A DNA stretch of 64,000 nucleotides from an uncultured beta proteobacterium (GTDB lineage: Bacteria > Pseudomonadota > Gammaproteobacteria > Burkholderiales > Burkholderiaceae). Within the stretch, counting starts at the first letter, position 1, and each line of letters begins with the position of its first letter. Where the stretch lies: contig CAIJNI010000085.1 of the NCBI GenBank assembly GCA_903821995.1, positions 25,588-89,587 of the forward strand, read 5' to 3'. Shown here piece by piece: positions 59,202 through 64,000 of the stretch. The notes beneath the pieces were generated by a model. The model ran no database searches. It worked only from the letters and a program-made list of their open reading frames with translations, and was not told the DNA's origin. Both the position numbers and the translations under genes were made by a program.

Positions 59202-59740
59202 TTCAAACTTCCCTCTTTTTTATATAAATTCTAGCTATTGGATATGTTGGTTAAAAGACGCAACTAAAACGCGCATGAAATTTAGACATCATTCTAGCTT
59301 TCAGTCACACATTTAAAAAATTAATTTTTTATAAGTTATCAAGATTTTTTAAGTCTAACCACTATGTTATTAAGTTTAGACTAAGATTTGAAGCTGTTTG
59401 AGGGTTTTACCTAGCTCTAATTTACTATTTTATTGATACAAGACATCAGTATGGGTCTAAGCGGGGTAATTCGAAGCACAATTGATTTAATTTTGTTTTA
59501 AGAAAGAATTCTAAAATTCATATTATTAGTAGATAATGCTTTAGAAGTCTGCCCCGTTTAATTTGGTGATAATGGGGGAATAAGCTGAACTTGAAGCTGG
59601 TTAGGAATTTCCATCATAATTACTTCAAGGAATAATAAGTAATTAAAAGTCCGAAAATGAGTTTAGAAGCTTCCAAGTCATTTACTGAAGTTTTGTAAAT
59701 CGCTTGAAATTTCAGATTAAGGTTAAGGTTTTAAAACAAT

Positions 59741-60973
59741 ATGAGCAATTTCACAAATAAATTAGAAGCCGGTTTGAAAAGTTCACCTGTTGTGGTGTGG
59801 ATGAAAAATAATAAAAAACAATCCTTTGTTATTGCTGGATTTCTTCTGGTTTTAATCATTTGGCTTTTTAGCCTTTTAATATTACAGTTTCAAAAGAAAG
59901 TTGATATCCAACCACAATCTTTACCAACTAACTCTATTTCAGTAAGTGCGGATCAGGCTAAAGAAATCAAGGTGGGGAATATTTCTTATCTTGATTTTGA
60001 AGAAATCAGAGAAGCAGTTGGTTTAATTGATTTTGATAAAAACCATACTGCTGAAGTTTATTCACCCTATCAGGGAAGAGTGGCTAAGGTTTTTAAGGTT
60101 GCAGGTGATGACGTTAAAGAGGGGGATGCATTATTTACCGTGTTAGCTCCAGATGCTGCGCAGGCATCAGCCGCTCTTGTATCTTCAGCCGGTGTCTTAA
60201 AGCAAGCTAATGAAACATTAAAAAGAGCTCAAGAGCTATATGATTTTAAGAGCATATCTCTAAAAGAGTACCAGCAAAATCTTTCAGATCAGCAAACGGC
60301 TGAGGGTAATTATTTGGCCGCCAAAAAATCAATGGAATTATTTGGTTTTACGCAGACAGATATTGCAGAAGTCATTGCTGGTCGTAAAGTGGATATTGAA
60401 TTATCTATTCGAAGTCCTTACAGCGGCAGAGTGGTTTCTAGAGCGGTGGCTGTGGGTCAGTTGGTCCAACCTGGAAATGGCCCCGCGCCCTTTGTTGTGT
60501 CAGATACAACGCACTTATGGATGGTTGCAAACGTACCAGAATCCGAGATTCCTTTGTATCATGTGGGGCAAAGTGCGCACGTCAAAGTACAGGCTTACAT
60601 GGATAAGTTGTATTCTGCAAAGATTATATATGTCGCTGATTCTGTTGATCCGGTGACTCACCGGCTTATTCTGAGAGCTAAGATTGATGACCCAAGGCGT
60701 GAGTTAAGGGCAAACATGTTGGCAAGTTTTGTGATTGGACTCAATCCCCCTATAAATTCGATTGCCATACCAGAAACAGCTTTGGTACGAGACTCCGATG
60801 GAAGTGGGATTGTTTGGGTTACGAATGATGGTAAAAATTTCACACGGCGCATCGTCAAGGTTGGGATATTTCAAGCGGGTTATGTTCAAATTCTGGATGG
60901 ATTGAAAGAGGGGGATTCTATTGCACTGACCAAAGCGATCTACCTTAGCAATCTTTATAGCATTTCACGATAA
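59741..60973 (+). CDS. czcB: RND efflux periplasmic adaptor (CzcB/CusB-like)
   Basis: N-terminal TM anchor, SPYQGRV lipoyl motif, alpha-hairpin, IRSPYSG.V, VDP.T, IPETAL, GLKEGD. Confidence 0.85.
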   Translation: MSNFTNKLEAGLKSSPVVVWMKNNKKQSFVIAGFLLVLIIWLFSLLILQFQKKVDIQPQSLPTNSISVSADQAKEIKVGNISYLDFEEIREAVGLIDFDKNHTAEVYSPYQGRVAKVFKVAGDDVKEGDALFTVLAPDAAQASAALVSSAGVLKQANETLKRAQELYDFKSISLKEYQQNLSDQQTAEGNYLAAKKSMELFGFTQTDIAEVIAGRKVDIELSIRSPYSGRVVSRAVAVGQLVQPGNGPAPFVVSDTTHLWMVANVPESEIPLYHVGQSAHVKVQAYMDKLYSAKIIYVADSVDPVTHRLILRAKIDDPRRELRANMLASFVIGLNPPINSIAIPETALVRDSDGSGIVWVTNDGKNFTRRIVKVGIFQAGYVQILDGLKEGDSIALTKAIYLSNLYSISR

Positions 60974-61006
60974 CAGCTTAATTACTATTGGATGCTAGAT
61001 TAAATA

Positions 61007-64000
61007 ATGTTTAAGCCCTTACTGAAGTTTGTCTTAAGTCGTAGGCCAATAGTTTTATTGGGGCTAGTTGCTTTTATTGTTGCCGGAGTGTTAGCTTTTG
61101 TAAGATTAAACGTAGAAGCTTATCCCAATCCTGCGCCAGTGATTATCGAAATAACAGCTCAATCACCGGGGACTTCTGCTGAAGAAATGGAGCGTTATTA
61201 CACCCGTCCGATGGAGATTGGTTTGGCAACAACTCCCGGGGTTGATATCATTCGGTCTACTTCATTTGCTGGGTTGTCTTTTGTAAGAGTAACTTTTAAG
61301 TATGGCGTTGATTATTATTTTGCACTCACGCAAATTACGAATAATCTTTCTCAAAACGTCAATCTACCGAATGGTGTTTTGCCACAGATCCAAGCATCTA
61401 GTTTGGTGGGAGAAATATTACGATATCAATTAAAAGGGCCTTCAAGCTATAGCTTGACTGACCTGAGGACTCTCCAAAACTGGGTAGTGGTTAGAAGGCT
61501 TTTGACTACACCAGGGATCGTTCAAGTTGTTACTTGGGGTGGGACTACAAAAGAATACCATGTTGAAGTTGACCCTAAAAAATTAGAAAGTTATAGCATT
61601 ACATTGCAGCAGCTTCTGAGCTCAATAGGAAACGCAAATTCTAATGTAGGCGGAAGATCTGTCAGTGTTGGTGACCAATCCATTAATATTCGTGGCGTTG
61701 GACTCATTGCATCGCTCGCAGATATAGAAAAAATTGTGTTGACCCAGGTCAATGGGATACCAATTTCTGTGAGAGATGTGGCAAAAGTTTCTGAAGGTTA
61801 TGTTCCTAGGTTAGGAGAAGCGGGTCGAGATGATCAGAAAGATGTAGTTACTGGCATCATTATCATGAATCGCACTTTGCAAACAAAAGAGGTGATTAAA
61901 CTTGCTGAAGAGGCTGTTGAGCGAATTAATCATGATGGAAGTTTGCCTCAGGGGGTCAAAGTTGTTCCTTATTATGATCGGTCCGGTTTAATTGGGGTAA
62001 CCACTAAAACGGTGATACATAATCTTATTTTTGGTTGCTTATTAGTATTCTTTATTCAGTGGATTTTTTTAGGAGACTTGCGAAGTGCTGTCATTGTTAG
62101 TATTAACATACCGTTCGCACTTTTCTTTAGCATCATCATCCTAACGCTCACTGGCGAATCTGCGAATCTTTTATCTTTAGGCGCTGTCGATTTTGGGATT
62201 ATTGTCGATTCGGCAGTTATTCTTATTGAAAATGTATTTAAAAACTTCCAGCAACGCCCAGAGGATCGAATGCGTATGCTCAGAAAGATGGCCTTTACAT
62301 CTGACAGTGAGGTTGCTGATCCATCTTATGGATGGTCTGTTCGTTTGCGGTTAATTTACTACAGTGCAATTCAGGTGGATACTTCTGTTTTATTCTCTAC
62401 AGCTATTACTATTGCTGCCTTTATTCCATTATTTACAATGCAAGGGGTTGAGGGACAAATTTTTGGCCCTATGTCGCGGACCTATGGTTATGCTTTAGCA
62501 GGAGCATTATTAGCAACTTTCTCTATTACACCCGTGATTGCATCCTATTTCTTGCCGCGTAGAATAGAGGAAAAAGAGACAAAAATTGTTCAAGCCATTC
62601 GCGATTTTTATACTCCTAAATTGCATTGGGTAACAAGCCACACAAAGCCGATTTTGGCGATTGGAGCTGCTTCTCTATTGTTAGGTGGCTTCATGATGAG
62701 CCAACTTGGCAGTGAATTTTTGCCTGCTCTTGAAGAAGGCAATTTATGGATTAGAGCTTCCATGCCACCCACAATCTCGTTGGAGGCGGGTACTGAAAAC
62801 GTTCACCGGATGCGTCAAATCATTAAAGCGCATCCTGAAGTTATCACTATAGTTTCGCAGCATGGTCGACCCGATGACGGAAGTGATGCTTCTGGTTTTA
62901 ATAACGTAGAGCTATTCGCAGCCCTTAAGCCTTTTGAAGAATGGGATAAAGGGATGACAAAAGAAAAGCTTGTTGCAAATCTTCAAAAAGAATTCGAAGA
63001 TGCATTCCCAGGGGTAACTACAAATTTTTCACAATATATTCAAGATAACGTTCAAGAGGGCTTGTCTGGAGTTAAGGGAGCTAATTCAGTTAAGATTATC
63101 GGTCCTGACTTAGTGACATTAGAAGGAATAGCTACCCAAGTTAAAAAGATTATGGAGACTATTCCAGGGGTGACTGATTTAGGTATTTTTTACATCATGG
63201 GTCAGCCTAATTTAGATATTCGCATTGACCGTGATAAGGCGGCTCGGTTTGGGCTAAATACAGGCGATGTTAACGCTGCAATCCAAGCTGCTTTTGCTGG
63301 TACTGTAGCGACTACTGTTTTGCAAGGTGAGCGTCATTTTGATCTGACTGTTCGTTTAAAAGCGGAAAGTCGAATGAATATCCAAGATGTTAAGAATTTA
63401 AGGGTTGGGTATACAACTTCAAGTGGAAGTGTTGCTTATATCCCGTTGGATGATATCGCTAAAATCACTTTAGATACTGGAGCGAGCTATATTTATCATG
63501 AAAAAAATGAGAGGTATATCCCTATTAAGTTTAGTACTCGTGGAAGAGATCTTGGTAGCACGGTGCAAGATATTCAAGATCGAATTACTCAAGAAGTACC
63601 TCTGCCAGAAGGGTATCGCATTACTTATGCTGGAGAATTTGAAGAGATGCAAGCTGCGCAAAAACGCTTAGCAATTGTTGTGCCCATTGCTTTTGCCTTG
63701 ATCTTTGCGTTTTTGTATGCACTCTTTAATAATTTAACTTATTGCTTGTTAACGTTTTCAGGCGTACCGTTTGCCGCATTAGGTGGTGTAGTTGCTTTGT
63801 ATATCTCTGGTCAAGCGCTAAGTGTTTCAGCAATTATTGGTTTTATCTCATTACTTGGCGTTTCAGTCATGAACGGTATTTTGATTCAAACCTTTTTTGT
63901 GGATTTGCTGCATTCAGGTAAGTCGAAGTTGGATGCGGTCATTGAGGCTCATGAACATCGTATGAGACCTTTATTAATGACAGCTCTTTCTGCTGCGATT
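61007..64000 (+). CDS. czcA: Heavy-metal efflux RND permease, CzcA type; open at the 3' window edge
   Basis: Not in the track. ATG 61007 reads MFKPLLKFVLSRRP...VEAYPNP; TM4 AVDFGIIVDSAVILIEN; the window ends in frame at MRPLLMTALSAAI. Confidence 0.88.
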   Translation, partial: MFKPLLKFVLSRRPIVLLGLVAFIVAGVLAFVRLNVEAYPNPAPVIIEITAQSPGTSAEEMERYYTRPMEIGLATTPGVDIIRSTSFAGLSFVRVTFKYGVDYYFALTQITNNLSQNVNLPNGVLPQIQASSLVGEILRYQLKGPSSYSLTDLRTLQNWVVVRRLLTTPGIVQVVTWGGTTKEYHVEVDPKKLESYSITLQQLLSSIGNANSNVGGRSVSVGDQSINIRGVGLIASLADIEKIVLTQVNGIPISVRDVAKVSEGYVPRLGEAGRDDQKDVVTGIIIMNRTLQTKEVIKLAEEAVERINHDGSLPQGVKVVPYYDRSGLIGVTTKTVIHNLIFGCLLVFFIQWIFLGDLRSAVIVSINIPFALFFSIIILTLTGESANLLSLGAVDFGIIVDSAVILIENVFKNFQQRPEDRMRMLRKMAFTSDSEVADPSYGWSVRLRLIYYSAIQVDTSVLFSTAITIAAFIPLFTMQGVEGQIFGPMSRTYGYALAGALLATFSITPVIASYFLPRRIEEKETKIVQAIRDFYTPKLHWVTSHTKPILAIGAASLLLGGFMMSQLGSEFLPALEEGNLWIRASMPPTISLEAGTENVHRMRQIIKAHPEVITIVSQHGRPDDGSDASGFNNVELFAALKPFEEWDKGMTKEKLVANLQKEFEDAFPGVTTNFSQYIQDNVQEGLSGVKGANSVKIIGPDLVTLEGIATQVKKIMETIPGVTDLGIFYIMGQPNLDIRIDRDKAARFGLNTGDVNAAIQAAFAGTVATTVLQGERHFDLTVRLKAESRMNIQDVKNLRVGYTTSSGSVAYIPLDDIAKITLDTGASYIYHEKNERYIPIKFSTRGRDLGSTVQDIQDRITQEVPLPEGYRITYAGEFEEMQAAQKRLAIVVPIAFALIFAFLYALFNNLTYCLLTFSGVPFAALGGVVALYISGQALSVSAIIGFISLLGVSVMNGILIQTFFVDLLHSGKSKLDAVIEAHEHRMRPLLMTALSAAI

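Noticed and set aside
4569-63661. Many 60-120 aa ORFs antisense to or out of frame within long genes (e.g. 4569, 5702, 17057, 28029, 34303, 48534, 56570, 60342, 63470)
   Set aside because: All are fully nested in well-supported genes and lack motifs; these are typical shadow ORFs.
1-64000. CRISPR array, IS elements, rRNA, defence systems
   Set aside because: I saw no regularly spaced repeats, transposase, cas, restriction-modification or toxin-antitoxin signatures.

Overview
AT-rich (roughly 37-40% GC by eye, not computed), gene-dense bacterial chromosome segment. The gene content (eight Bug/TctC tripartite-tricarboxylate-transporter binding proteins, Sox-like genes, nadA/nadC facing nadB) points to a streamlined Betaproteobacteria/Burkholderiales-like organism; this is inference. 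Left to right: 5'-truncated CopA; an 11-kb catabolic/transport gene run (DapA-like lyase, Gfo/Idh/MocA, deacetylase, GGT, NMT1-type ABC, HMG-CoA lyase); a cytochrome-c lipoprotein, Tat transglutaminase-like protein and TlpA; a ThDP enzyme, Ldh_2, cis-CaaD-type tautomerase and Zn-ADH; an amidohydrolase with a sugar ABC transporter, SDR and Gfo; Bug genes, a bicupin, and a DHPON-type alpha/beta hydrolase divergent from a Gfo pair; MBL hydrolase, ROK kinase, FAD oxidoreductase, PPIase; patatin plus a small Cys-hairpin lipoprotein; nadB/nadC/nadA/pgm/pgi; an orphan ORF and tRNA-Ser(TGA); an fcc plus soxXYZA paralogue cluster with a non-canonical SoxY arm, facing IorAB-like Mo-hydroxylase genes; and a CzcB/CzcA-type RND system running off the right edge. 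I found no integrase, transposase, CRISPR array, rRNA or recognisable transcription factor. Eight long ORFs labelled '+' in the supplied track are actually on the minus strand when read from the sequence (16841, 18581, 29282, 30292, 32904, 37683, 47022, 56491). The track also omits the 3'-open CzcA ORF at 61007-64000. The best candidate for an undescribed system is the Sox-paralogue sulfur-carrier cluster at 52.9-59.2 kb.
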